Source: Bacteroidales bacterium (lineage in GTDB: Bacteria; Bacteroidota; Bacteroidia; Bacteroidales; G3-4614). From it: a DNA stretch of 64,000 nt. The notes under the pieces were generated by a model. That model worked only from the letters and a program-made list of their open reading frames with translations, was not told the DNA's origin and ran no database searches. This document shows, in pieces, positions 19,131 through 27,723 of the stretch (the first letter of the stretch is position 1; each line of letters opens with the position of its first letter). A program made the position numbers and the translations under genes. The DNA is taken from positions 6,450 to 70,449 of the forward strand of contig JAFYPQ010000048.1 in NCBI GenBank assembly GCA_017559955.1, given 5' to 3'.

Positions 19131-21353
19131 TCAATATTGATCCCAATAATTTTTCTCAAGATATGACTCTGCATGATAATCTATCAATTTATCGCACTCT
19201 CCTCTTACAAGCCTGCCTTTTTCTGTTTCAGGATACTTTTCCGCAACTGTTTTAAAATTGCACAACTGATAATTTAACTCCGAAGCAACATCGTAATCCG
19301 TAACCATTGCCATTGCCTCGGCAACAATCTCCTTTGCTTTTTCTTTAGCAAATGGAGCATACTTCTCTTTAGGCAAATAAGACCTCCACCCTTTGTAATA
19401 TTGAGTAAGTCCCCAACAAAACCCAAACGAGTTGCGTATTCCTATTGCATACTTCACCATAAGTTTAGCCTTTTTGTTTGGGTTCTGCTCATATTTTATA
19501 GATTTTTCTAATCTACACATCTCTTTGGCAAACGAGAGTTTGAAATAGTTGTCTTTGCCATACTTTACCCTCTTTTCTGAGAATGGATCATAATCAATCC
19601 ACACATTAAGATGGTCTTTATACGACTCATCTACATTCTTAAAATAGCTCAATGCCTTCGCATATTTCATCTCACGCAAATACTGGGTTCCAATTATATC
19701 GTTTAAATAATCACTATTAATATAGCCTCTCTTATTCAAAAATCTATCAAACTCAGTTTTTGGGTTTTGAGTTCTTATCAAATAATTATTTGCCACCTTA
19801 ACCCCCAATGTGTCAATCATTTTAAAGAAGTCATTAGAATAGTCGCTTCTATTATAATAATCTGAATATCTGTATTCCTCCATTGTATAGCTTCTAACTA
19901 CTTGTCGCTCATAATCTCCACTATAAGATTCAACCCACTTATAAGTATCCCGTTTGTTAACCAATAATAGCAATCTATTATCTGCCATATTTGCCAATTG
20001 CAAAGCTCTAATAGATTTTCCTGCCGCAATCATGCGGGGCGCAACTTCAGAAAGCAAAATACGTCTTAGCATATCGTTCCAATAATAGAAGCTAAGTCCA
20101 TACTCCATTTCAGAGGCACCTTCTGCCACTTTTTGTTCTACCTCTTTATTGATATTTGTTGCTATTTTATTATCGAGCCACTTTAGTTGTTCAAACAATT
20201 TAGCTTCGTATGAGGCATCATACTTATATATTTTTGCATCGAGATAAATTCTCAATACCTTTATAGAATCCCTAAGATAGTCATCTTTTACACATCTCTC
20301 TGCCATAGCCAAATACGATGAAGCATTTAAATAATCACCTTTTAAATCGGTCAAAAAAGCCAATGTATAATACCACAAAGCCTTATTCTTTATCTTTTTA
20401 TCCTTTAGCATTTCGAGCGATAGAGTACGCAATTTATCTATATCTCTATTCACTCTTTCTACTAATTTTGGATCGTAAGGTGAATCATAGGTAGTTTTAG
20501 CCCAACACAGATCTAACTCTACATCTCTCACATGTGCTTGTAACATAGAAGTTATTTTAGCATCATTGGAATGGTAACTACAAACTTCTGCGAAAGCCTC
20601 AATGTAAGACAACTCCTTCCCTCTTATTTTTGAACAATACATGATAGAAGATACATCTCCTAATTGAGCAAAATATTCAATCCATTTCTCCGATTTGCCT
20701 ATTCTAAATTCTGCACCTGCAATATAGGGTAGCGCAAGGCGACGCATAATATTGCCTTCGGGAAGTTTTGAGATATCTTTCTCCCATAACTCTACACACT
20801 CTTCATATCTGCCCAACGTTGTTAATGCTCTGACAGCTTGGAGCAGATATCGATCTCTAAGACGTTTGTCCTTTGATGCCAACGACATCTCCAGCACCTC
20901 CTCTATTGATATTTTTGTTCCAAAAGTCATTGTTGGATAGTACCATGCCGAGTTTATTCTAGAGCGAATATACTCGTTTGTTTTTGCCAACATAAGAAAT
21001 TCCAATATAGTTGTATCTTTGTTTGTAATCCACTTTGAAAACTTATTGGTATAGTTAAAAGGTCCGTCGTTATAAATCTTCTCAAACTCATCTAAAGGCA
21101 TTTTATATACAACCTCATAAATATCCTTCAATGGTATCTCTTTAGATGTAAGTTCTTGCCATGCAATACAATTGGCTTTATACTCCGACTCATCAATATC
21201 TGCGCCTAAATCTTTATCATGACGAGGCGAATTCACTCTATACATAAAGAGCTCGCTAACAGGATATGCAGAGCCACTACACGCAAGAGTTTCATTAACA
21301 CAAAAAGCTAATAGTAAACTAATAAGCGAGAATTTTATCAATTTCTTCATCAC
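19131..21353 (-). CDS. Hypothetical lipoprotein, probably all-alpha/TPR-like
   Basis: 740 aa. Lipobox NETLAC|SGS. Rich in Y/W/K with helical-repeat character and no recognisable catalytic motif. Its start overlaps the upstream gene by 35 nt. Confidence 0.55.
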   Translation of the reverse strand: MMKKLIKFSLISLLLAFCVNETLACSGSAYPVSELFMYRVNSPRHDKDLGADIDESEYKANCIAWQELTSKEIPLKDIYEVVYKMPLDEFEKIYNDGPFNYTNKFSKWITNKDTTILEFLMLAKTNEYIRSRINSAWYYPTMTFGTKISIEEVLEMSLASKDKRLRDRYLLQAVRALTTLGRYEECVELWEKDISKLPEGNIMRRLALPYIAGAEFRIGKSEKWIEYFAQLGDVSSIMYCSKIRGKELSYIEAFAEVCSYHSNDAKITSMLQAHVRDVELDLCWAKTTYDSPYDPKLVERVNRDIDKLRTLSLEMLKDKKIKNKALWYYTLAFLTDLKGDYLNASSYLAMAERCVKDDYLRDSIKVLRIYLDAKIYKYDASYEAKLFEQLKWLDNKIATNINKEVEQKVAEGASEMEYGLSFYYWNDMLRRILLSEVAPRMIAAGKSIRALQLANMADNRLLLLVNKRDTYKWVESYSGDYERQVVRSYTMEEYRYSDYYNRSDYSNDFFKMIDTLGVKVANNYLIRTQNPKTEFDRFLNKRGYINSDYLNDIIGTQYLREMKYAKALSYFKNVDESYKDHLNVWIDYDPFSEKRVKYGKDNYFKLSFAKEMCRLEKSIKYEQNPNKKAKLMVKYAIGIRNSFGFCWGLTQYYKGWRSYLPKEKYAPFAKEKAKEIVAEAMAMVTDYDVASELNYQLCNFKTVAEKYPETEKGRLVRGECDKLIDYHAESYLEKNYWDQY

Positions 21354-22281
21354 TATAATTCTTTAATTGTTCATCATCTAGATGGTATAATATATTACCG
21401 CATGTGGGTTGTCCTAAGCGAGACTCAACAAATGCTTTTACTTTGTAAATCTCTCGGCATGTAGGTCGCTCTCGTCTTATATATTCATTCTCAACTGATA
21501 CGCTATCGTTTTCTGAAACAATTGAAACGAACTTATCATCTTTAAATTTAACACCCCAACCAAAAAGAGGATATGCATAAGAAAGTGGCAAGCTGTATGA
21601 CTTTTTCTTTTTTATATATGGTTTTACATTTGTTATATCAAGAATAGAATTTCTTGTTTCAGGATCTTTCAAGGATCCTGTATTGTATAACATTAAGACT
21701 CCTTTATCAACAGGGGGTGGCATTTCTCGTAGCTGATGCAACCTAATGGTTGCACTCAACTTTATTCCTCTATCTGCCAATATAGCTTTTGCTTTTCTAC
21801 ATAAATCATCATAGATGTATTTTGTGGTTTTTGTCCAATCACAATCAAACTGAATCTCCTTAATTTCGCCACACTTATTGTAATTACACATAGCCAACAG
21901 GCGTTCTACTATAAGCGAAGCATAATCGACATCACAATTCTGCATGTTTTTGAGAGCACCAAGCGTTATATATGTAACAGGAACAATCTCGATATTTTCG
22001 GGCACTTCAGAGATGAATTTAGTAGTGGCTATTGGCTCTACACCCTCCTCTCCTGAAAGAAAATCCCGTAGCAATGCCACATCAAACATTCTCATATAAA
22101 TTCGTTCAATGTTATGCTTCTCCATAAACGATACCTCAGATGAGTCAAGTTCAAATGTTGTCTTCCAATAATATATCGAATTATGACCCTTAACCTCACT
22201 TTTTTTCTCCCGAGAACAACCCAAAGTAATTACAACTATAAAAGTGAACAAACAGATATATTTCATTAATCTCATAACCAC
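21319..22281 (-). CDS. Hypothetical lipoprotein (possible TIM-barrel-like fold)
   Basis: 320 aa. Lipobox ITLGC|SREKK. An alternating beta/alpha-like pattern (IERIYMRMFDV, IEIVPVTYI, IKEIQFDCDW, IKLSATIRLHQL) suggests a barrel, but this is inference only. Confidence 0.5.
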   Translation of the reverse strand: MVMRLMKYICLFTFIVVITLGCSREKKSEVKGHNSIYYWKTTFELDSSEVSFMEKHNIERIYMRMFDVALLRDFLSGEEGVEPIATTKFISEVPENIEIVPVTYITLGALKNMQNCDVDYASLIVERLLAMCNYNKCGEIKEIQFDCDWTKTTKYIYDDLCRKAKAILADRGIKLSATIRLHQLREMPPPVDKGVLMLYNTGSLKDPETRNSILDITNVKPYIKKKKSYSLPLSYAYPLFGWGVKFKDDKFVSIVSENDSVSVENEYIRRERPTCREIYKVKAFVESRLGQPTCGNILYHLDDEQLKNYSDEEIDKILAY

Positions 22282-22460
22282 TCCTCCTCTTCAAAAGTTA
22301 CGTTACTATATTCAACTATTTGCAAAGAGGCATACTCTGCTACCTCATAATTCTTTTCATGAAAATTGAGTTGGAGTTTCTGTTCTCTCAAAAAATATGC
22401 ACTTATGGCAATATAAGTGCCACAAATCATTGCCCCTGTAATTAACATTTTACGTTTCAT
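22272..22460 (-). CDS. Small single-TM protein, first gene of the lipoprotein operon
   Basis: 62 aa. One hydrophobic helix (LITGAMICGTYIAISAYF). It overlaps the next gene by 10 nt and is preceded by a -7 box. Confidence 0.4.
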   Translation of the reverse strand: MKRKMLITGAMICGTYIAISAYFLREQKLQLNFHEKNYEVAEYASLQIVEYSNVTFEEEEWL

Positions 22461-22497
22461 ATATTTTGTTTTTTCTTATTAATGATGTTTTACAGTT

Positions 22498-22505
22498 CAA
22501 ACTTA
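22498..22505 (-). promoter_or_regulatory. Putative -7 promoter box (TAnnTTTG on the minus strand)
   Basis: Plus-strand caaactta is taagtttg on the minus strand. It lies 38 nt upstream of the 62-aa ORF ATG and immediately after the upstream terminator. Confidence 0.35.
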
Positions 22506-22508
22506 AGC

Positions 22509-22555
22509 AAAAAAAACTTCGTACTGCCGAGTTTAAGACTCAACTGTACGAAGTT
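22509..22555 (-). terminator. Rho-independent terminator ending the LytTR two-gene unit
   Basis: On the minus strand, aacttcgtac ... gtacgaagtt forms a 10-bp outer stem with an inner gagt/actc stem, followed by T8 (A8 at 22509-22516 on the plus strand). It lies 74 nt after the 300-aa gene stop. Confidence 0.7.
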
Positions 22556-22628
22556 ATTACGGGAGTGTATGAAGTATTACTTTATATGCAATTTCATAGA
22601 GAATCACTCTTCATATTATTCAAATTTT

Positions 22629-23531
22629 CTAGTTTTTACGCCATATCAAATATGATATATTTCGAGGTATCTTCTTTTTATATTTATAATATAAATCTTC
22701 GCCAAACTCATGCATTTGACCATTTTCATCAACAGCCCAACCATACGATGATGATCCAATTAGATATATCGCCTGATCGACACCAAGGTCCACCAATACC
22801 TGAGAGAAGTCATGGAATGACTCTTTTGTAAGACTTTCAACCATAAATATCTCCCCGTTTCGGTCGCATATCGACCTTCTTACCGACTTTGTCTTAATCT
22901 CATTCTCTACAACAGCCCCATTTTTCACAAGAGGATATTGTCTAAAGAAATACCCCCCTGTCTCTGTTGCCTCCTCGAACAAAGGAGAATTGTCCTCCAC
23001 TCCAATTGTTATATTACCATCTATCGAAGCACAAAATCCCCTCTTTGACAATCCCCACGCTTTAGGCTCCCCCTTTAAAACGAAAGCTCCTACAATTCCT
23101 CCATTATCGGCACGTACATCTGCTGCTTGCGCTGCGTATATAATCGTAGTGTCAGTTCTGTTCAATTTCCCTATATGCAATGACATAGTTGCATTATGAG
23201 GTATATATATTCTTATAGGCACATCATTTATTAATGTGTCTTTTATCTCAACAAAGCCTGTTTCTGACAGTCCAACCTCTCTACCTAACCTTTCAAGCTC
23301 CACAGTTTTCTCCTCGGGAAGAGCAACAACCTCAGGCTCAAAAAGCGAGGGTTCAACCATTTGTTGTTCGCTAATTTTCTTATTGTTTAATGTAAGTAGC
23401 ATTACTACTCCAATAACAACTATTGCTATTAGCGAAACAATAATATACATATTGCGTGAGGATTTATTATCCTTACTCTCCTCACCTACCACTCGTATTT
23501 GGTCGTCTCTAATATCTTTTAAATCCTTCAT
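22629..23531 (-). CDS. Single-pass membrane protein with an extracytoplasmic phosphodiester-glycosidase (NAGPA/DUF2233)-like domain
   Basis: 300 aa. A 27-aa charged N-tail, one TM helix (MYIIVSLIAIVVIGVVMLLTL), then a ~250-aa domain with NGGIVGAFVLKG...RRSICDRNGEIFMVES...VLVDLGVDQAIYLIGSSSYGW. This resembles the NAGPA family pattern, but the usual LDGGGS motif is replaced by LIGSSS. Confidence 0.45.
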   Translation of the reverse strand: MKDLKDIRDDQIRVVGEESKDNKSSRNMYIIVSLIAIVVIGVVMLLTLNNKKISEQQMVEPSLFEPEVVALPEEKTVELERLGREVGLSETGFVEIKDTLINDVPIRIYIPHNATMSLHIGKLNRTDTTIIYAAQAADVRADNGGIVGAFVLKGEPKAWGLSKRGFCASIDGNITIGVEDNSPLFEEATETGGYFFRQYPLVKNGAVVENEIKTKSVRRSICDRNGEIFMVESLTKESFHDFSQVLVDLGVDQAIYLIGSSSYGWAVDENGQMHEFGEDLYYKYKKKIPRNISYLIWRKN

Positions 23532-23533
23532 AG

Positions 23534-23896
23534 CTATTTCACTTCGCTTTCAAACATCTCTTTTAATTGTTTTAATGCCTCTTTTGATGCCGTTACCGTA
23601 TGACTAAACGACGAGACATTAGAAAGCACCAATTTTTGTTTGGCTATATTTATATAGTATATATATGAACTATTAACAATTAAACTCTTTCCTATTCGGA
23701 TAAAGTTTTTACCATCATTACCAAGTTGCGAAGAGATCATCTTCTCAATCTGACCTAGCTGATATGAAACCATACGGGTTTCATTATCTGCCTGTACCAA
23801 CGTTGAATAGTTGCCATCAGATGATATATATACGATTTGATTTGGGTCGATACGCACCAGATCAACCGATGTTGATATAATAAGTCGTCTCTTCAT
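23534..23896 (-). CDS. Stand-alone LytTR DNA-binding domain protein (no receiver domain)
   Basis: 120 aa. VRIDPNQIVYISSDGNYSTLV...FIRIGKSLIVN is the LytTR signature. There is no other domain. It ends 2 nt before the membrane-protein gene. Confidence 0.75.
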   Translation of the reverse strand: MKRRLIISTSVDLVRIDPNQIVYISSDGNYSTLVQADNETRMVSYQLGQIEKMISSQLGNDGKNFIRIGKSLIVNSSYIYYINIAKQKLVLSNVSSFSHTVTASKEALKQLKEMFESEVK

Positions 23897-23913
23897 ATAT
23901 TTAATTTGCTATA

Positions 23914-23921
23914 CAAATATA
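23914..23921 (-). promoter_or_regulatory. Putative -7 promoter box for the LytTR unit
   Basis: Plus-strand caaatata is tatatttg on the minus strand, 18 nt upstream of the ATG. This would give a very short leader. Confidence 0.3.
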
Positions 23922-24030
23922 TTGTTGTTATTTTATATTACAAAACCATAATTTAGAGAATGTATGAAATTACCTTTTAAACGTACAAAATAGATATCTC
24001 TTCGTTTCGTAGAATAAATTCTATAACGCA

Positions 24031-24063
24031 ACAAGGGATTGCCCAAATTGGGCAATCCCTTGT
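24031..24063 (-). terminator. Hairpin terminator downstream of pnp
   Basis: Perfect 14-bp stem acaagggattgccc / gggcaatcccttgt with a 5-nt loop, 31 nt after the pnp stop. The trailing U-tract is weak. Confidence 0.6.
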
Positions 24064-24093
24064 CTATTATTTAGTGGTTGTGTTTGCAACTAC

Positions 24094-26262
24094 TTATTTG
24101 TTCTCTTTGCGTGGAGCACGTGGAGCTCTTTGAGGACGATCTTCCCAACCTTCTGGTTTAGGCTGCAAAGCTTTCATTGACAAACGGAATTTACCTGTCT
24201 TCTTGTCTATCTCAACAAGTTTAACTGTAACTTCGTCGCCCTCTTTGATTCCAGACTCTTCCATTGTCTCCAAACGTTTGTAAGCAATTTCAGAGATGTG
24301 CAACAATCCATCTTTACCAGGCATAAACTCAACAAATGCACCAAATGCAAGGATTGATTTTACTTTTCCTGTGTAAGTCTCTCCCTCCTCGGGTATTGCT
24401 ACAATTCCTTTAATGCGAGCAAGTGCTGCATCGATTGATTCTCGGTTAGATGCTGCAATTTCAACACGACCGCCCTCTTCTACCTCTTCAATTGTTACTA
24501 CTGCTCCAGACTCCTCTTGAATTCCTTGGATAATTTTTCCACCGGGGCCGATAACGGCTCCAATCATATCTTTAGGAATCAAAATAGTTTCAATGCGAGG
24601 TGCGTGAGGTTTGAAGTCTTCACGTGGCTCTGGTATTGTATCAAGGATTTTACCAAGGATGTGCATACGTCCGTCGTGTGCTTGCATCAAGGCTTTTTCA
24701 AGAATTTCGTATGGTAGCCCGTCAACTTTTATATCCATTTGTGTTGCTGTGATACCATCTTTTGTTCCTGTTACCTTGAAGTCCATATCTCCTAAGTGGT
24801 CCTCATCACCAAGAATATCAGAAAGAACTGCATATTTTTGGTTGTCTGTAATCAATCCCATTGCAATACCTGAAACTGGTTTCTTAATCTTAACACCAGC
24901 GTCCATCAACGCAAGTGTTCCAGCACATACTGTAGCCATTGAAGAAGAACCGTTTGATTCTAAGATGTCTGATACTACACGAACTGTATATGGATAGTCG
25001 GCTGGAATCATTCCTTTAAGTGCACGACATGCCAAGTTTCCGTGTCCAACCTCACGACGTCCAACTCCACGAGATGCTTTAGCCTCGCCTGTTGAGAATG
25101 GAGGGAAGTTGTAGTGTAACAAGAAGCGTTGGTGCGATTGATCAAGAACATCATCAACAATCTTCTCATCAAGTTTTGTTCCAAGTGTAACTGTTGTCAA
25201 TGATTGAGTTTCACCACGAGTGAAGACTGCAGATCCGTGAGGTCCGGGTAGATAATCTACCTCACACCATATAGGACGGATTTGTGTTGTTTCACGTCCG
25301 TCAAGACGTTTTCCTTCATCAAGAATGCAACGACGCATAGCCTCTTTCTCTACATCGTGATAGTAACGTTTAACCAGTGCTGTTTTAGCCTCACGATCCT
25401 CTTCTGTCATTGACTCCAAGTACTCATTCAACACAGCCTCGAATGCCTCACCACGTGCGTGTTTGTTTGCATTTCCTGATGCTGCAATTGCATAAGCTTT
25501 ATCATAACATTTTTCACGAACATCTTTACGAAGATCCTCATCGTTTACTTCGTGGCAATATGTACGTTTTACTGTTGTTCCGCACATTTCAGACAACTCC
25601 AATTGTGCTTGACATTGTACTTTAATTGCATCGTGAGCAAATTTCAAAGCGTTCAAAAGATCCAACTCTGAAACCTCGTCCATCTCACCCTCAACCATCA
25701 TGATGTTCTCCATAGTAGCACCTACCATCAAGTCCATGTCAGCTTTTGCCAACTCTTCATATGTTGGGTTGATTTTGAACTCGCCATCGATACGAGCCAC
25801 ACGAACCTCTGAGATTGGTCCGTTGAATGGGATATCCGACACTGCAAGTGCTGCTGATGCTGCCAATCCTGCAAGTGCATCGGGAATATCTTTTCCGTCA
25901 GCCGAGAACATTACGATGTTTACGTATACCTCTGCATGATAATCATCGGGGAATAGTGGACGTAATGCACGGTCAACAAGACGAGATGTCAATATCTCAT
26001 AATCTGACGCTCTACCTTCACGTTTTGTAAAACCTCCTGGAAAACGTCCGATTGACGCAAATTTCTCTTTATACTCAACTTGCAAAGGCATAAAATCTAC
26101 ACCTTCATTTGCATCTTTTGCTGCACACACTGTTGCCAAAAGCATGGTATTTCCCATGCGAACCTCAACCGCTCCATCAGCTTGTTTTGCTAACTTCCCG
26201 GTCTCGATGGTGATTACTCGTCCATCACCTAAATCGATTGTCTTCTTAATCGGATTAATCAT
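24094..26262 (-). CDS. pnp: Polyribonucleotide nucleotidyltransferase (PNPase)
   Basis: 722 aa. Two RNase PH domains plus KH and S1 domains ([15 protein letters not shown]), with typical N-terminal [11 protein letters not shown]. Confidence 0.98.
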   Translation of the reverse strand: MINPIKKTIDLGDGRVITIETGKLAKQADGAVEVRMGNTMLLATVCAAKDANEGVDFMPLQVEYKEKFASIGRFPGGFTKREGRASDYEILTSRLVDRALRPLFPDDYHAEVYVNIVMFSADGKDIPDALAGLAASAALAVSDIPFNGPISEVRVARIDGEFKINPTYEELAKADMDLMVGATMENIMMVEGEMDEVSELDLLNALKFAHDAIKVQCQAQLELSEMCGTTVKRTYCHEVNDEDLRKDVREKCYDKAYAIAASGNANKHARGEAFEAVLNEYLESMTEEDREAKTALVKRYYHDVEKEAMRRCILDEGKRLDGRETTQIRPIWCEVDYLPGPHGSAVFTRGETQSLTTVTLGTKLDEKIVDDVLDQSHQRFLLHYNFPPFSTGEAKASRGVGRREVGHGNLACRALKGMIPADYPYTVRVVSDILESNGSSSMATVCAGTLALMDAGVKIKKPVSGIAMGLITDNQKYAVLSDILGDEDHLGDMDFKVTGTKDGITATQMDIKVDGLPYEILEKALMQAHDGRMHILGKILDTIPEPREDFKPHAPRIETILIPKDMIGAVIGPGGKIIQGIQEESGAVVTIEEVEEGGRVEIAASNRESIDAALARIKGIVAIPEEGETYTGKVKSILAFGAFVEFMPGKDGLLHISEIAYKRLETMEESGIKEGDEVTVKLVEIDKKTGKFRLSMKALQPKPEGWEDRPQRAPRAPRKENK

Positions 26263-26291
26263 AATATTTTTATTTCATTCCAAAATTCGAA

Positions 26292-26299
26292 CAAAGATA
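26292..26299 (-). promoter_or_regulatory. Putative -7 promoter box for pnp
   Basis: Plus-strand caaagata is tatctttg on the minus strand, 30 nt upstream of the pnp ATG. A second match (caaattta) is at 26302-26309. Confidence 0.3.
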
Positions 26300-26449
26300 A
26301 CCAAATTTATTTGTTAAAAGAACTTTAAAGGGATTTTTTTAAGACAATAGATGTTTTTTTGATTACAAACAACTTATAAAAGAGCTATTGTATTAACAGA
26401 CTATTATATTTTCGGTTTTATATTTTTTACAAGCGTATAAATATCCAAT

Positions 26450-26472
26450 AAAAAAAGGGTCCTCCCGGACCC
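26450..26472 (-). terminator. Rho-independent terminator ending the six-gene exported-protein operon
   Basis: GC stem gggtcc / ggaccc with loop tccc. On the minus strand it is followed by a 7-nt U-run (aaaaaaa at 26450-26456 on the plus strand). It lies 25 nt after the 399-aa gene stop. Confidence 0.8.
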
Positions 26473-26496
26473 TTTCCCATATTACTATATGAGTTA

Positions 26497-27696
26497 TTAT
26501 TTTATCTCACGAATTAACATTCCGGGCAAGAACTCTGCACGTCCCGACACTTTTTTAAATGATGTTGCCGAAAGATCAGAACCCATAGCATTCTCTTCGG
26601 TTGCCATATATCTGTTATCCCAAATTTTTCCGGGGATGGGTTTTATCACTCCTACTCGTTTGTATGCAGTCAATCCGTCTTCGGTCATATACTTCTCCAA
26701 TACTTCATATTTTGAGGCATCTGTTATTCCCTCTTTCATTCCTATTTTTGCAGTAATTTCGGGATCGACCGAATATATCGGGGTTTTCACCTTGAATTGT
26801 TCATAGGTTCGTTGCAATTCCAATACCGATTTATCGATTGAGCGTGTGCACACCTTACGTATCATATCTATTGGTTCAAATACTCCCGCATAAGATGTTT
26901 CTCCACTATCAACTTTTTTCGAGCCTACAAATTTCAATTTAAAGGTTTGTGTATCTTCGTTAAATGCTTTTACCTTATCAGGATTTACCTCGCCATTTGA
27001 CATATAGTAGTCGGTATAAAATTTATTTGCCACCTCATCGTTCCACTCCAATTGATATAAATATGAGGTTACTATTACACGAAATCCTCTGATATCCTCA
27101 ATAGCATCTCCGATAGCATCTGTTAAATCTGATATTCCCGAGCCAAAGAACATTCCTAAGACAGATCCAACCCCTTTTAGTATTCCGGCTCCTATTTTTG
27201 CCGATTTCTCTTTATCTACATATCTTATATCATTTACCAACACAAAGGTATTTTTTATCAACTCCTCTCCTGCATCCTTCAACATTGCCTCTCCTCTGAT
27301 TGTTTGCTTCGACATCTCAACATCGAAGTAATCGGCATCATACAATCCTCGCTCCGAAACTTTGTCTATGTTACACTCTCCTGTAAGGGGATCTCGATTA
27401 AACCATAAAGCCACCATTCTTCGTGCCACATTATTAGCTTCGAGGAATTTAGAGATATCCGCCTCCGACTCTTTTTTGTCCATAGACGATACCAACTTTA
27501 TATTCAGGTCGTGATTGTTATACTTATCGGGAGTGGGCATCGATACAAACACATCGCTTATCTCTGATGTATATTTTGCCTGATCGTGGCTTATACATAT
27601 TGAATATATCGAACTTCTGCGATACTCTCCCTCTTCTTGTGCCACGGCACATATAGGTATAAGAAGTGTTGCTATTATTATAAATATATTTCTCAT
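26497..27696 (-). CDS. Secreted hypothetical protein (gene 6 of the exported-protein operon)
   Basis: 399 aa. Type-I signal peptide (PICAVA|QEEG), a Gly-rich internal segment (KIGAGILKGVGSVLGMFFGSGISD) and no recognisable catalytic motif. Confidence 0.55.
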   Translation of the reverse strand: MRNIFIIIATLLIPICAVAQEEGEYRRSSIYSICISHDQAKYTSEISDVFVSMPTPDKYNNHDLNIKLVSSMDKKESEADISKFLEANNVARRMVALWFNRDPLTGECNIDKVSERGLYDADYFDVEMSKQTIRGEAMLKDAGEELIKNTFVLVNDIRYVDKEKSAKIGAGILKGVGSVLGMFFGSGISDLTDAIGDAIEDIRGFRVIVTSYLYQLEWNDEVANKFYTDYYMSNGEVNPDKVKAFNEDTQTFKLKFVGSKKVDSGETSYAGVFEPIDMIRKVCTRSIDKSVLELQRTYEQFKVKTPIYSVDPEITAKIGMKEGITDASKYEVLEKYMTEDGLTAYKRVGVIKPIPGKIWDNRYMATEENAMGSDLSATSFKKVSGRAEFLPGMLIREIK

Positions 27697-27723
27697 TTTC
27701 CGTTATCTTATTAGTTAATATTC

